Of a stretch of 64,000 nt of DNA, positions 14,346-27,336 are shown in pieces. Source of the DNA: the human T2T-CHM13v2.0 reference genome, Homo sapiens; NCBI RefSeq assembly GCF_009914755.1, contig NC_060926.1. One strand, given 5' to 3'. Numbering within the stretch: position 1 is the first letter of the stretch; every line of letters begins with the position of its first letter. Both the position numbers and the translations under genes were made by a program. The notes beneath the pieces are model-generated. The model was given only the letters and a program-made list of their open reading frames with translations, searched no databases and had not been told where the DNA came from.

Positions 14346-14392
14346 TTATCTCTCCTCCATTAATCTCCTCCAGATTAATGGAGGAGAGATAA
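14346..14392. repeat. Perfect 21-bp inverted repeat with 5-nt loop
   Basis: TTATCTCTCCTCCATTAATCT-cctcc-AGATTAATGGAGGAGAGATAA. Confidence 0.97.
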
Positions 14393-15569
14393 CTTCTATG
14401 TTTGGTAAATTTCAATAAAGTTGATGCTGCTACATGCTGTCCATTGATTTGGAAGTTCTTGCCTAGAACTTTTGAAACAAAGGAAAAAATGTAAAGATAA
14501 TAGCAATATTAATTTTCATACACTTATTTATCTATATTTTTACCTAGAAGACTCATCTCTAAAATCGCTGTTAACACTGTGATTTTAGTCTTTTCATTCT
14601 GTGCAACTTACAAGTAGGTAAAGTAGATTTCAGTGATTATCCTTAAATATGCAAGAGATACACACACACTAGTACTCATTTGAAACTAGCTTGAAGTCTA
14701 AAATATTTCTGAATTAAAGTAACTTGCAGGATATTAATTGACTTAATTTTATATGATTTATCTTAGAAACCTGTAGTTGTTAATTAAAATTAAAGTTTTG
14801 TATGTGTTATTTTACCTTTTTGATAAGGGCTTCAAAGAGAATATGTATGTTTAATTATTTTAGGAATGTATCCTAGATACTAATAATTTATGCAGTTCTT
14901 ATAAAATAGTTAATGATTACTGACATCAGTAGATCTGAATGAATTGATAACTTCACATTTTTCTATTTATGTATCATTTCTCCGGAGTCCTCTCAATGCT
15001 GTACATGCAGTCCCCCCACATGGCTATTTATCTTTTCTTCCACTTTCTTTACAGTCTCCATTTCCTCCACTTTGTTTATTCTCCAGTATTCTCACTCTTA
15101 TTGCAATTGAGACTGGCAGTAAAAAACAAAGCCATAGGACAAAAATCTGGTTTGGAACATACAAAATTAAAGTTGCTATATAAGAACAAGGGGAATTTAG
15201 GGAAGTTGTAGGTCAATTTGTTTAATGAATGGCAACCTCTGCTTGAAAAATTTTCCTTTCATATTCCTAAAATAACTTCACTTGCTGGTTTTACACAAGT
15301 GAACATTTCACCAATGAGAGATTAATTTGTTTTAATAAGCACTCTCTTTAAAAATGAAAATACCTTTGGGAGTGTTTAGTGACTAATACTTCTTACCTTA
15401 ATATGAATAGGTTCAATTAGGCTGTGTCCCTCTAACCTTCTAGCTGGTATCTACTGCCCTGAGGGAATGGGGGTTTGGGTGGTAAAAAAATACATAGTCA
15501 TTAATCCTAAAGCTTATCATGGTTTGAAGAATAAGTTATGGAGGAGGGGAGAGAAGGTGTTTCCTGTCA

Positions 15570-15795
15570 TTGTGCCCAAGAGCTAAGATTCCCAGCTAGA
15601 TTTTCTTGGTTCAAATTCCAGATCTACCACGTTAATTGTGTAGGAGTGGTCAATTTAATTAGCTGAAGGCGTCTTAGGTAAAATAGGGATGATAATAATA
15701 TTGCCCATTTCATAGGGTTGTTTTGAACATTAAATCAGTATAAAATGGGTATACAATTTTCAGCACACAGAAAATTTTTTAAAATGGTAGCTAAT
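15570..15795 (+). mobile_element. MIR
   Basis: GGTTCAAATTCCAGATCTACCAC..GTAAAATAGGGATGATAATA..CATAGGGTTG. Confidence 0.7.
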
Positions 15796-16607
15796 TCTAT
15801 TTTACCTTTTTGGTGAGAAAATTATCAGGCAATCAAACATTAACATTCTTAAGTCAGATGAAATAAAGATTTTTTAAAATGCTTATCATTTGGGTCCTTC
15901 TCCGGCCTAGCTTTTAACGCAAAATTGTAAACATTCCATGGCAAAGCCTTGGCCTAGTCTCATTCTGCGATTGCTTCTGCATTCAGTATCAAGTAATTTG
16001 GTGTTTATCCCTTCCTATTACTGCATTAGCTCCATATCTTGCCTCAAGCCTGGTTTTGCCTTTTTATATTATGTACCTTAAGGAATCTCTCAGTTCCAAT
16101 GTTAGACACTGACAGTAGAGTTGGCAAAAGCTGCAGCAGGGGCATAGAGATCAGATGAGTTTCGAATTGAAAGGGGTTAGAAGGTTAGAGAAATTCAGGG
16201 CTCAAAATAGAAAATTTCAAGAACCAGGACTTGAAATCAGTAATCTGCGGTATTTCTGTCTCAAAGATAGTACTAAAGTATTTAGGGTACCTGGACTACA
16301 TGGATAAACATGAGCCAAGCTTAAGCCCTAATCCAAACTTTGAAAAATACACAATTGTTCAAAACAAATAATGTGTTAATAAAATTTTAGTATACAATTT
16401 ACTTCTGAGAAGTGCTATAATTTAAAGGACAAAGTCCCAAATACTGATGTTGGAAATAATGGTTTAATGTTATAACATAGAACAGAAAGGACAATAAAGT
16501 AAAGCAATGGGGAGATGAGGAAATACATGAGTAAGCTCCTGTAAATTGTCATTTTCAACCAAGAGTCAGTCTAACAAATCAGAAACTATTGTTTAATATT
16601 CTGCATT

Positions 16608-16916
16608 GGCCAGGCGCGGTGGCTCATGCCTGTAATCTTAACACTTGGGAGGCCAAGGCAGGTGGATCATCTGAGGTCAGGAGTTCATGACCAGCCTGGC
16701 CAATATGATGAAACCCTGTCTCTACTAAAAACACAAAAGTTAGCCGGGCATGGTGGCAGGCACCTGTAATTCCAGCTAGTCGGGAGGCTGAGGTAGGAGA
16801 ATCACTTGAACCCAGGAGCAGAGGTTGTAGTGAGCTGAGATCGCACCATTGCATTCCAGCCTGGGTGACAGAGCGAGACTCCATCTCAAAAAAAACAAAA
16901 ACAAAACCAAAAAAAA
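16608..16916 (+). mobile_element. AluS (Sx-like)
   Basis: Full dimer, GGATCATCTGAGGTCAGGAGTTC, A-rich tail, flanking CTGCAT repeat. Confidence 0.95.
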
Positions 16917-17059
16917 CTGCATCATAATTTTCTATAGCTTTAACTTTCTAGCCATTCATTATATGAAATCTTCTAACAAAAAATATTCTGATAAAAATTT
17001 TCTTTCTTTTATTTGCAATATTCCTTTGTTATTATGATTTTAGCTAAAAAGATAAAAGT

Positions 17060-17470
17060 TATTTGGTTAAAGATAAAAAGTTATTTGAAGCCATTGAAAT
17101 AAGTTATTTGATATAAGAAAAAAAAAAGAAAGTAAAATATAATGGCCACCTCTTGGTCTTGCTACATGATACCCACTCCCTGGAGTAACCAATGATAAGA
17201 GATGGATGAGATCTATCCACACATATCACTATATTTACAAAACTTATATAAACAGAAATTTACATTCAAAATGTTTTAACAAAAATTAAACTTTAATACT
17301 TTTCTTTTTGCTCTGCAATTTGCTTTAAGAAATTACTGCATATTTCATGGACATTGTGTTAGATTATTGCACATACTCTTCTTTCATTCATAGGGCTTTA
17401 ACAAAATTTATTCAAATATTTTTCCTTTTTAAAAAACATTCCAAATGATTTCAGTTTGGGGCACTTCAAA
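17060..17470 (-). mobile_element. Old L1M 3' UTR relic
   Basis: CCCACTCCCTGGAGTAACCAATGATAA..TGCAATTTGCTT..ATTTATTCAAATAT, an L1ME-like reverse pattern. Confidence 0.4.
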
Positions 17471-18719
17471 CCCCCCCACACAATTATTTATTTTATTTTT
17501 ATAGGAGAGATGTTTGAAAGGTGTTAAAAAACTACTCCCATTTTCAGTTGAGATAGATACTATCATTTTAGCTTTCTAAAAGTTTGTAACAATTCATATT
17601 CTCTCTAATAGAATAGAGAGTTTCCAATTCCTCACACTATTCCCAAGTCTGGCTTTGAAACAATAGTTAAGGCAGCTTCTATTAACTGATCTAAATATAT
17701 CAAAGAATATATTAAACAATTCCGCTGAACTCATTGCCATGCAATATCTGACTTTGCTTGGAATTATAAACAAACTTCTGAAGTATTTTAATTTATCTAA
17801 CTCTAGAGAGAAAACAAAAACACTCATCTACTGAACGTCCCTGGAATGAGGTAACTAGTGTGACAAGAGGGAATCAGGACAAAAGTGGTTTTAGGGATTC
17901 TAATATTCTTTCATAATGTGTGCTCATAATAATTCAAACCACATGCAACATAAATAAATTGTTTCAGCAGTGTCTTATTTTTTCTAAGTGAAGTGACCTC
18001 CAAATTGTAAAGAAATACTAAAATGTATGTATCTTATTCATATTATCAAAATGGCTATATCAATCAGTATACAACAACACCGAGAGAGGGTTTTATAATA
18101 CACCTAACCATTCATTATTTTTGTTTTTCATCACAGAGAGAAAAAACATGGTAAGAATTGTATATGTTTTACTTACACTAATTATCAAGAAGAAAATTTT
18201 ACTTCTGTAAAATGGGGATGTTAATATTAACCTACACTTTTAATACTTGAACTAATTAATGATCAATAAAAATACAGTGTCATGTGTAAACTATTTAATT
18301 TTGTAAAAGTATTACATCTAATACAAATGCAATGAAAATATTTGAGCAAATTATGTTTTTCCATAATATTGCTTTTATACAGTACAAATGTATAATTGTA
18401 AATTCTTATCAAAAATAAAATTATTAACTATCTCTTTCGGCCATATGAATTTTGACCACATAAGTTACTTAGTTGCTATTGTACTGTATATTTAATGTTT
18501 ATATTTAGGATTGCTCTATAAAAAACAAATGCTATCACTCATCACATATTAACAATTTTTAGTATTTTGAAAAATTATATTTAAAAACTATGAAAATATT
18601 CACAAATTTTTCAAAAAGTTATATGTGCATATATATGTTTTAATTAAATGTATAAGATATTATATATCATAGATACATATATTAGATTTTAATTACATTA
18701 TGATAAATGATTATTTAAT

Positions 18720-20170
18720 AAATACCTATTAAGAACCATTAGGTGTATGTACCTGGATCAGAGAACTGAATAAAACATGCTCTTTTTGTTCACAGAACAT
18801 ACTTTGTAAGAAAACACGTAAAAAATAATTTTAATAAAATATGAAAAATGCTTTGATAGATGTATGATAATTTCATTAAAGGCTTCATTCTTTACCTTTC
18901 TCTGAATCCACATGACTTAGCAGTTTTCTCCATGAAGGTGCAGTACATTTCCTCAACTCATGTGACTTGTTTCATCAATTGGATGAAGTAGAGGGGACAG
19001 TATGTCATTTCTGAACCTAGATTTTAAGAAGTTGTGGATATTTTCACTTGTCTTCATTTGCACTTCTACTACTGTTATGAAGACATATTCAGGCTAGCCT
19101 ACTGTTAGATGATGTGGCAAGAAATAACAGATGAATCTTATTAGTCTTTCCAGGTGATACCAGCTCACGTTCCGAAACTACCATCTGACATTCAGAGACA
19201 GGAACAAATCCAGCCAAGATTAGCAGAGCCGTCTAGATGCCTTAATTAATTATTGTTGTCATTGAGGTTTTGTATTTGTTACACAGCATTATTATGACAA
19301 TGAGTAGCTTATATAATGCCTAGAGAATAATTAAATATTCCTATGTTAGTTGGGGTAAGAGGATAAAAAAGAAATCACGAAGTAGATTAGGGAAAAGACA
19401 AGGCATTTCATGTACTATGTACAATATGTCTAAATCCATGACAACACCATATGACTTATTGAGGGACAGGTAAACAGTTTCTTCATGCATTGGGTATTTG
19501 GAGGTGAAGGCTAGACTTATAGAAATTAAAAAAGCATAGACATTTAATCATCAGTCAATATGACACAACAAGTAAAAAAATGAAGAATGAAAGAAGTAAC
19601 CAGATTTTAATTTTAGAAAGATCAGATTATTATTACATGAAATGCAATTGAAAATAGGCAAGGAGAACTCCATAAGCCTCTATGTTATTCTTCTGTATAT
19701 AGATTACTAGAGTTGGAAGTAAAGCAGCAACAATAGAGATAGAGAAGCAAACAGATGCAAGATATATTAAGAGATAAAATAAACTGGAATTTTTATCTAT
19801 TAAATAAAAAGTGAAAACATGATTAAGTGACCCTTAGCTATTTATCTCAGTAGCTGAGACAAAAATAAAAGGGTGAGTTCTAGGGAAGGTAGACTCTTAT
19901 ATGTTCATGAAGTCTAAGAGAAGAAACTAGTGCATTCAGTTCTGAACATGATGAAGAGTCCTGGTACATTCAAGTTTACATGCCCATTAACTCCATAGAT
20001 CTGGAGAAGACAAGGAGATCTGTGATGTGGATATAGATTAAAAAGTAGTTTACACATATAAGAGTAGAAACCGTGTGCTTCTATGAGATGCTTCAATAAA
20101 TAAGAGATTAATGAAAATAAGTATACAATGGAAAATATAAAGATCTAAGTACTCAATAAGACCTTTTAAA
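18720..20170 (-). mobile_element. L2 relic, interrupted by an MLT1 LTR
   Basis: AATAAATACCTATTAAGAACC.. start and a purine-rich degenerate L2 body. Confidence 0.5.
18870..19315 (+). mobile_element. MLT1 (G/H-like) MaLR LTR
   Basis: CATGTGACTTGTTT..TTCTGAACCTAG..CAGGCTAGCCTACTG..TTTGTTACACAGCATTATT. Confidence 0.65.
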
Positions 20171-20904
20171 TGCCTGTATAAATTGCCCCCCTGCAAGATA
20201 CTGGGAGACAAAAAAAAAAAAAAAAAAGACTGGCTATTAATACTTGTTTTACCTACCATGTTGTAAAATGGTACTCTATTAACTGCACTATACTTATCTA
20301 TCACTATAAACTCTGCAATGTTGAGAGCATAATTCAAACTTACTCAAATTTAGTGCTAAATTATTTGTCTTCAGCAGTCACTGCTGTCAGTTCTTGTTAG
20401 GGAATGGTCTGCAGCTGTGAAGTAGAATAAAGTTACCTGAAAACCACACAAAGTTTCAAGTGCACAGACTTCCTTCCATATATGTTCATTTTAACTATTT
20501 AGTTAAAGCCTCTCTTCTTTGACTGGGCCCCCAAATTCACCCTCACTCTCTTTTCTTAGTTTGGTATATTTATAGCACAAGATCAAAAAATGTCCAATAA
20601 TACATTTTAAACATTTTAAAATATTTTAGATAAACATGTTCCATGTTTCATCAGATTTCCTTTCCTATGCATTGCAGATTCAACCATTAGGCTCTGATTT
20701 TTTTAAAGACTAAATAGCCTAGGTGTTCTCAGGATCACGAGAGGGTATGCCAAGGAAGACAGTATGAAACATTTCAGTAATATAAATTTTTGTCCATACA
20801 CATTTATAGAAAAACCAGAGGAAGCAACCAAATTATATGTAATTTGCCTATTGTCTCTTAAATGGATTTTTATTTACTGTATAAAGGTTGGCTTTCTAGT
20901 AGTT

Positions 20905-21087
20905 CAGTGGTTCTCAATAGGATGAGACTGTTTAGGAAATTTGTAAGGTTGTTTTTCATATTGATGGAACAACATTACTGTCATTTGTGGATGAGGACCA
21001 GGGATGCTGAATATTCTGTAATGCTCTCTGTTGCTCAGGGAATTTAAAAATCTCCACAACCATTATGTAGGCAAAAGTACTTATAAT
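20905..21087 (+). mobile_element. MER20B-like hAT-Charlie DNA transposon, left part
   Basis: CAGTGGTTCTCAA terminus; GACCAGGGATGCTGAATATTCTGTAATG. Confidence 0.55.
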
Positions 21088-22800
21088 GGGGAAAGGGGAT
21101 TGAATAGGTATGAGATATTTAGGTTGGCGTCACTATTCTCTATGATACCATAATGTAAGACATTACTTATTTGACTAACTACAAAGCCTCACAGCACAAA
21201 GAGTATATCTTAATACATACAAATTAAAATAAAATCATTAGAAGGCCTAGGAATCCCAAGGAAGAATATAAATAAATTTAACTGTATTATAAATATATGA
21301 AAGAACCTTAAGGCAGAGGGTGGACAGAAAATGTGCTGACCTAAGTAAGTTAGGAAATAAGTGGAGTCTGTAAAGCAAAAGCCCAAAGAAAATTGCACAA
21401 CAGCCCTACACTACAGTTGATGGAGTATTTTTTCCCCTTAAGAGGTACATGTGAAAATTATAATACTATACAAGTAGACTAAAATTGAATGATTAAGTTA
21501 ATGGATGATAATGAGCTCCAGGTTTCTCATTGTTAGAGTCGAAGCCAGAATAATCCATATGGTATGTGCTAATGAATTAGAGTTGAAGATATCACTCTGA
21601 ACTCATCTTTAGCTTAATCTAGATGCAGATGATTACGTGTGTGTGTGGTGTGTGTGTGTAGACAGGGGACTAATATACACAAATTAGTATACACAAAACT
21701 CCTGTTCTGTCATTTGAGAGTGCCTACAAGCAATGGCATCCTAGCAGCAATGAACACAACTAGTATCCTTTTATTGGTTTCTAATACCTTTCTCCACCTA
21801 AAAGGAACCAGGGCTCCTTGGAGAAGTGTCCGATTCTAGGACTAAGAAAAAAGTATACACAATGAGCCTGGAGCATATTGTAGTACCAGAAATTAAGAAA
21901 AGGCTCAGAAAGCAAAATACAACAAAATCCTACGCTGATGGGAATATGACAAAGTAACATGGGAACCAACTAAAGGAGCCCCCAGTGACCAAAGCTGGAG
22001 CAATGTGAGCAGCAAAATAAATAAAGTAGTATGAGATTACAACCCAAAATATAAAATTAGTATCAATATGCTCATACTGCTATATATAAGTAATTGAATA
22101 GTTAAATAAGTGGGGGAGAAAAGGCAAATCTACTATGAAGAAGAATTTCAAATAATTTATGTAAATACTTCACCCTTGAAGATGAGGAGCATAAGTCTGT
22201 GCTCTTTAAGTGTGGATTGTGCACAGTGACTTCCTTCTAAAGAAGACAATATGGAAAGGGGGTTGAGTGAATGAGTAACTTTACAATGGAGAAAACTATT
22301 TGTCTCTTAGCCAGATGATTACAGTCAATATCAAGAGTGATAAATCATGTTAATAGTATGTACTTATGATATGTTGTTTCCTCCCAAAAATCTATAACTG
22401 TAATTAAATCATAAGAAAAAATCAGAAAAATTCCAGTAGAATGGCATCCTTCAAAACTGACAAAATATAAAACTGTCAAGGTTGTCAAAAACAAAGTCTG
22501 AGAAGTTGCCACAGCCAAAAGGAGTCTAAGGAGACAGGGTTAGATGTAATATGTTATCCTGGATGGAATCCTGAAATAGTAAAAGACATTAGAGAAAAAC
22601 TAAGGAACTCTGAATAAACTGTAGACTTTAGTTAATTACAATTTCTCAATGTTGCTTTATTAATTGAAACAAATGTACCATGCTAATGTATGTATTAATA
22701 ATATGGAAAATGGGTGAAGGGTCATATCAAAAAACTCCCTGTACTACCTTTTCAACTTCTCTGTAAATCTAAAAATGTTCTAAAACATAAAGTATATTAA
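21088..22800 (+). mobile_element. L1MC3-like 3' UTR
   Basis: GTGCTGACCTAAGTAA..GGAGTCTGTAA..CCAGGTTTCTCATTGTT..GGAACCAGGGCTCCTTGGAGAA..CTGTAAATCTAAAA; diverged TSD AAAAGTACTTATAAT / AAAGATACTTTTAAT. Confidence 0.8.
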
Positions 22801-23230
22801 AGATACTTTTAATTATCAGAACCTAAAACATAATTGAGTTAAATTTAAACAAAAATTTGTTTTTCAAAGTTTGAATATGTTCTGATTTATTAAAGATGGC
22901 AAGTCCACGAATATTAAGGAAAGATTATGTTGTTTTGTTCAGAACATTATCTGAGTTGCACATCATTTTGTTAAATCACCAATAGCAATATCGCTTGTGG
23001 CATTTGATTAGTCAATCTAAAGCACCTGCATCTATCTGCATTTGCAATTGTCACATTCACAGTGATTCTTTCATTATCTGCAAAAATCTGGTGATTTCAT
23101 TATGTTGACAAATGCCCAAGCATCTACATATATAAAGAAAAATATTTGAATAATAAATTATTTTGTTTTTCCTTAATATTAGTGTGTTATATTGGTAGTT
23201 TAAGTAATATGATTCTAGGTAGAGGAGATA
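22801..23230 (+). mobile_element. MER20B-like DNA transposon, right part
   Basis: GGAAAGATTATGTTGTTTTGTTCAGAAC..CACCTGCATCTATCTGCATTTG..CACATTCACAGTGATTCT continues the left part. Confidence 0.55.
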
Positions 23231-23741
23231 ACATTTAGATTTTCTTTCAGACCATTGAAGGGAGTACTACGTTTCAGGGTAATCCTAACAAAATATCCAT
23301 TAAAATGAGAGGGTATGTCTAGAACTGAGTTCTGTGCTTAATGACAAACGTATACAGTAGGAAATGATGGAAGTAGAGATAATCTGATGATCAACTTATT
23401 TCTTTTCAAGGGACCCTCAACATATTAAGACCTGTGTGCTATACAGGGTTTAGACACTGTATCTAATAATAAATAATGTATAATTATTTTAACTAACATA
23501 AAAGTTAAACTAAGCATTAGGTAAGTTAAGTATGCCTGTTTGGCAAAACAATTATCTGATTGTAAAAGTTTAAATGTACAACAGAAATTATGAAATTTGG
23601 AGGTAATTATAATACAGAGTAGTGTGTTGGCTTGTATCATGTTTTTCCTCTTCTAAGGAGAATCACTTACACCCTGACAACTTGGAGACAATGTTGAAAG
23701 AACTTTATAATCAGGAAGAAGTCGGCTGTGAGGTCATCTGG

Positions 23742-23900
23742 TACAGAGATTCTTAAAAAGGAATGTGTATATGAATTTTCTAGAGCTCATGTAAAAATGC
23801 AGAATTGGGTCCAATAAGAGTTAAGTGAGGCCCAAATTTCTTCGTTCAGGTGTTTCCGATGCTGCTGGTTACACAGGTTCTTTCATCACACTTGGAGGTG
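23742..23900. mobile_element. MER5A-like DNA transposon relic
   Basis: TAAAAATGCAGA..GAGGCCCA..CAGGTG..GATGCTGCTGGT..CACACTTGGAG. Confidence 0.5.
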
Positions 23901-24111
23901 CCAGATCTTTATTTTGTGCAAAATGGATAGAAGTCTGATGTCAAAGACAAGATTTCATTGGATCACCCTCTGCCCTGAGGAAGAACAGTCATCACTCTAG
24001 GATATGGCAGTTAACATTTTTGTCAGCAATTTATATGACAAAAGAATCAGGCTGACAATGATGGCAATTTGCAGAGCAAGTAGCTAGAACCTTTAAGAAA
24101 AGAAATTCAAA

Positions 24112-24293
24112 CTGTCATTTACCAAGAGGAGCAATAAACAAAAAGTTGACCAAAGATCAACAAGGGAATTTCTACAAAAATATGTCTTTAAAGATATAAA
24201 AGTTCAGATTGGCAGAATGAGATGCTAGGGTCATGGCGGGTCACTATGTTGAAAGCACATTGTGAGAAGCAGTGAAGCCAATAGTGTGCATGC
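24112..24293 (+). repeat. Dispersed direct duplication, copy 1
   Basis: Aligns by eye with 26464-26652; shared block AAAGATCAACAAGGGAATTTCTACAA. Confidence 0.9.
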
Positions 24294-24559
24294 ATAGCCA
24301 CCTAGATAAAGCTGTAGAACTGTCTGCATCCCCAGAGCACAGACCACTGGCAGTGCAGTGTTCAGTTTTGAAGTTCACAACTGCAAAAGCACTTGGAGGA
24401 TGCAGGAGTGAGTGAGAAGGGAATACTTCATAAGATAGCACTGGTTGCAGGGAGGCTGAAATAGAAAGTTATGAGACAGTTAATTAAAATATAAGTAGAA
24501 ATTTGTTTTAAAGCAACTGGACAAATCTAACACACATGTAATTGTGGCGGTTTTCATTA

Positions 24560-24986
24560 TTGGCCCTCTTTCTTGTTCCTGGGAACTTGTACCAAGTTAT
24601 TCATTTAAGGTCTCTGTCTGGAATGTCACTTCTCTCAATAATTGGTTGTCTCATTTCTTTATTTCATTGAGGTCTGTGATAAACTATCATACCCTCAGGA
24701 GACTTTCTCTGGCTATGCTACCTAAAATAATGCCCCATTTTACTCACTCTTTTTCTATCATACTGTATCATTCATGAGTCCCTCTGATTTTACGTGTGTG
24801 GGTATGTGTGTACATCCACACATACTTACTTACTTATTTTTTGTTGGCTATTTTCCCCACTTCAATACAAGCTTTATGACAGCTGAACATTGTATTTTGT
24901 TCAGTCTAATCTCTTTTTAGTCTAAGAGAGACTAACACATAGCGGTTATTCAATAAATTCTTGTTGACTAGTGAATGAGTGAATGT
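24560..24986 (+). mobile_element. L2 3' end
   Basis: TCTGTCTGGAATG..AACACATAGCGGTTATTCAATAAATTCTTGTTGACTAGTGAATGAGTGAATG. Confidence 0.7.
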
Positions 24987-26463
24987 ATCTGTGCTTTACT
25001 ATTGACCAAATGATATTGCAAGTTAATCACAATATGAATTGTTGAAAGAATATGTCAAATAGTCATGGGATCTATCATCAGTGTACTCTTAGTAGGAGGA
25101 CAAGTTTAAGTTGAATAGTAATCATTTAGCTGTCTCAAAATAATTATGTCATTGACATTATTTTCTTTTATTGCATAAATAAAAAGTTTGACCCCAGCAA
25201 AGCTGGGAGTGGCGAGAGCTCTCAGGGTTATATATGATAGTATTCCACGAGAGCCCAAATTATAAACATGCACATATATTAGGAAGCTCTTTTCAGAGCA
25301 AGTGTTTCATATTTGAACACTCCCTTGCTGTTCCTAGGCATAAGAGCTGTATCCTAACTGCACTGCTGAATTTGGGCTTCCTGTGGGGGCACGGCAAGTG
25401 CCCTCTTTGAGAGTGAGGAGGCTGAGAGTCTCACACCAACAGGAATGAGTGCTTTGAAATTAACTGGTGTTTGGAAATTGATCTGGTAGGTAATAATCTT
25501 CTATATCTAACTTGTGATTTATTCTAATTTTAAATGTTTAACACATACCTTCTGAAGCACAGATGACTTCTGTAGTTGTGCAATGCTAGGCCTGGCAACC
25601 ACTTTGTAGATTTCTCCCTTTGAAACTGACTTATTTTGTGTGTTAGCCATACTAATACAAACCTCCTATTGTGTGTTTTGTATTTCAAATTTTATTAATT
25701 TTTAAAGATACATAATTAATAAATTCTCATAAATTGAGTACATCAATAAATCCACAGAGGAGATGTATGTATTAATTGTAATCTTATATAAATTTGCAGT
25801 CTTGTAAATATGATTAGTGATAATTTTTTTTTAAAGAAAAGATGAAAACTAAAAAATCCAAACAAACAAAATTAACTACCGAGAAATGGTCAAGCCTATT
25901 GCTGCTTTTCCAGAAATCTCTTTCATTTACTTATTACTATCAATCTGCAAATGGTCATAGGTTTTCCAAATGATTTGTTGTGTTTGTTATTGCTTGCTTA
26001 TTTTCTAAATTTGACTCATGTTGTTTCTTTTGTGAGAAGTGGGTTTATATCAAGTAATCTCCATCAATCTATGGGTTCCAAAACATGAACTTGGCCTTTC
26101 ATACAGGAATGCACGGATTTTAGTGGCATGTTGTTAGTGTTTCCCATTGAAGTAAAATCCTGGCAAAGACGCTAGCTAAGATTCTAAAAGAGAGACCTCT
26201 CTGTTAATATGTTCAATCTTCAAAGGAAGTGATGGGTGAAGGAAAGAAACAAGCACATCAAACTCATAAATGTCCAGTATATCAGTCGCAAAAGAAAGAC
26301 AGAAATGTATTATATTTTTAGAACATAACCTATGTCTACTGCTCAGAAATGCAGCCAGGCTTGAATAGATGGAATGTATTTTAAAAATCACTGTAAAAAT
26401 CTGTATATTTGCCACCAAGTGGAATGTTTTAACAAACAATACGTTGATTAGATTCAGGGTCAG

Positions 26464-26652
26464 CTGTCATTTTACTAAGAGGAACAATAAAATAGAAAGT
26501 GACCCAAGAAAGATCAACAAGGGAATTTCTACAATACTATGTCTTTAGAGATGTAAAAATGTTGAGATTGGCAGAATGAGACCTTAGGGCTGTGGTGGGT
26601 GACTATGTCCAAAGCACATTGTGAAAAGTGGTGAAGTCAATAGGGTATATGC
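26464..26652 (+). repeat. Dispersed direct duplication, copy 2
   Basis: Shares AGATTGGCAGAATGAGA and AAAGCACATTGTGA with copy 1. Confidence 0.9.
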
Positions 26653-27171
26653 TTTGGAAACAATAGCTTAATAGAAATTACTTGATGTAAACCCACTTCT
26701 CACAAAAGCAGCAACAAGAAGGCAAACAATGTCATTTAAATAGATATTAAAAATGATAATAGATTATTTAAAAGTTCATCTCTTCATCAATGAGTGGTTC
26801 AGATGAGTTCTAATATATCCCAGAAATATGTCTTCTTTAGGGATCATCATCAAGTTGAGACAACTAACAATCCTATTATATCAGGAAAAGGATGAGTTTT
26901 CTTCTCCTAAATAACCAAACACAGCCAATGTATTAAAAGAATTAATCATTTCATACAGGAAAAAACGGTGAATTTATTTTCATTTAGACAAAATAAAAAC
27001 AAACACAGTCTATGGAATAACATTTTCATTATTAAGGTGGCTTAGTTGATAACACAGAGAAAAATATTTGGGATCCAGTTTCTTCAACCACAAATGTATA
27101 TAGTCTATGCTTAAATTCTTGTATTTAGAATGAGAGTTATTCTACTTTAGAATGAGAGTTGTTTACCTAAG

Positions 27172-27289
27172 TCTTGAGATAGAAACTGCTATTATTATTA
27201 TTTTCAGATGGAAACTGCTATTATTATTATCTTGAGATAGAAACTGCTATTATTATTATCTTGAGATAGAAACTGCTATTATTATTATC
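27172..27289. repeat. 29-bp minisatellite, 4 copies
   Basis: Unit TCTTGAGATAGAAACTGCTATTATTATTA; copy 2 is a variant (TTTTCAGATGG...). Confidence 0.95.
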
Positions 27290-27336
27290 ATGGTGCCATT
27301 TTTACAAACAAGGAAGTCATCAGAATAATCGCCATT

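Noticed and set aside
27172-27289. 29-bp repeats of CRISPR-like length
   Set aside because: Head-to-tail with no spacers, in a eukaryotic context with no cas genes.
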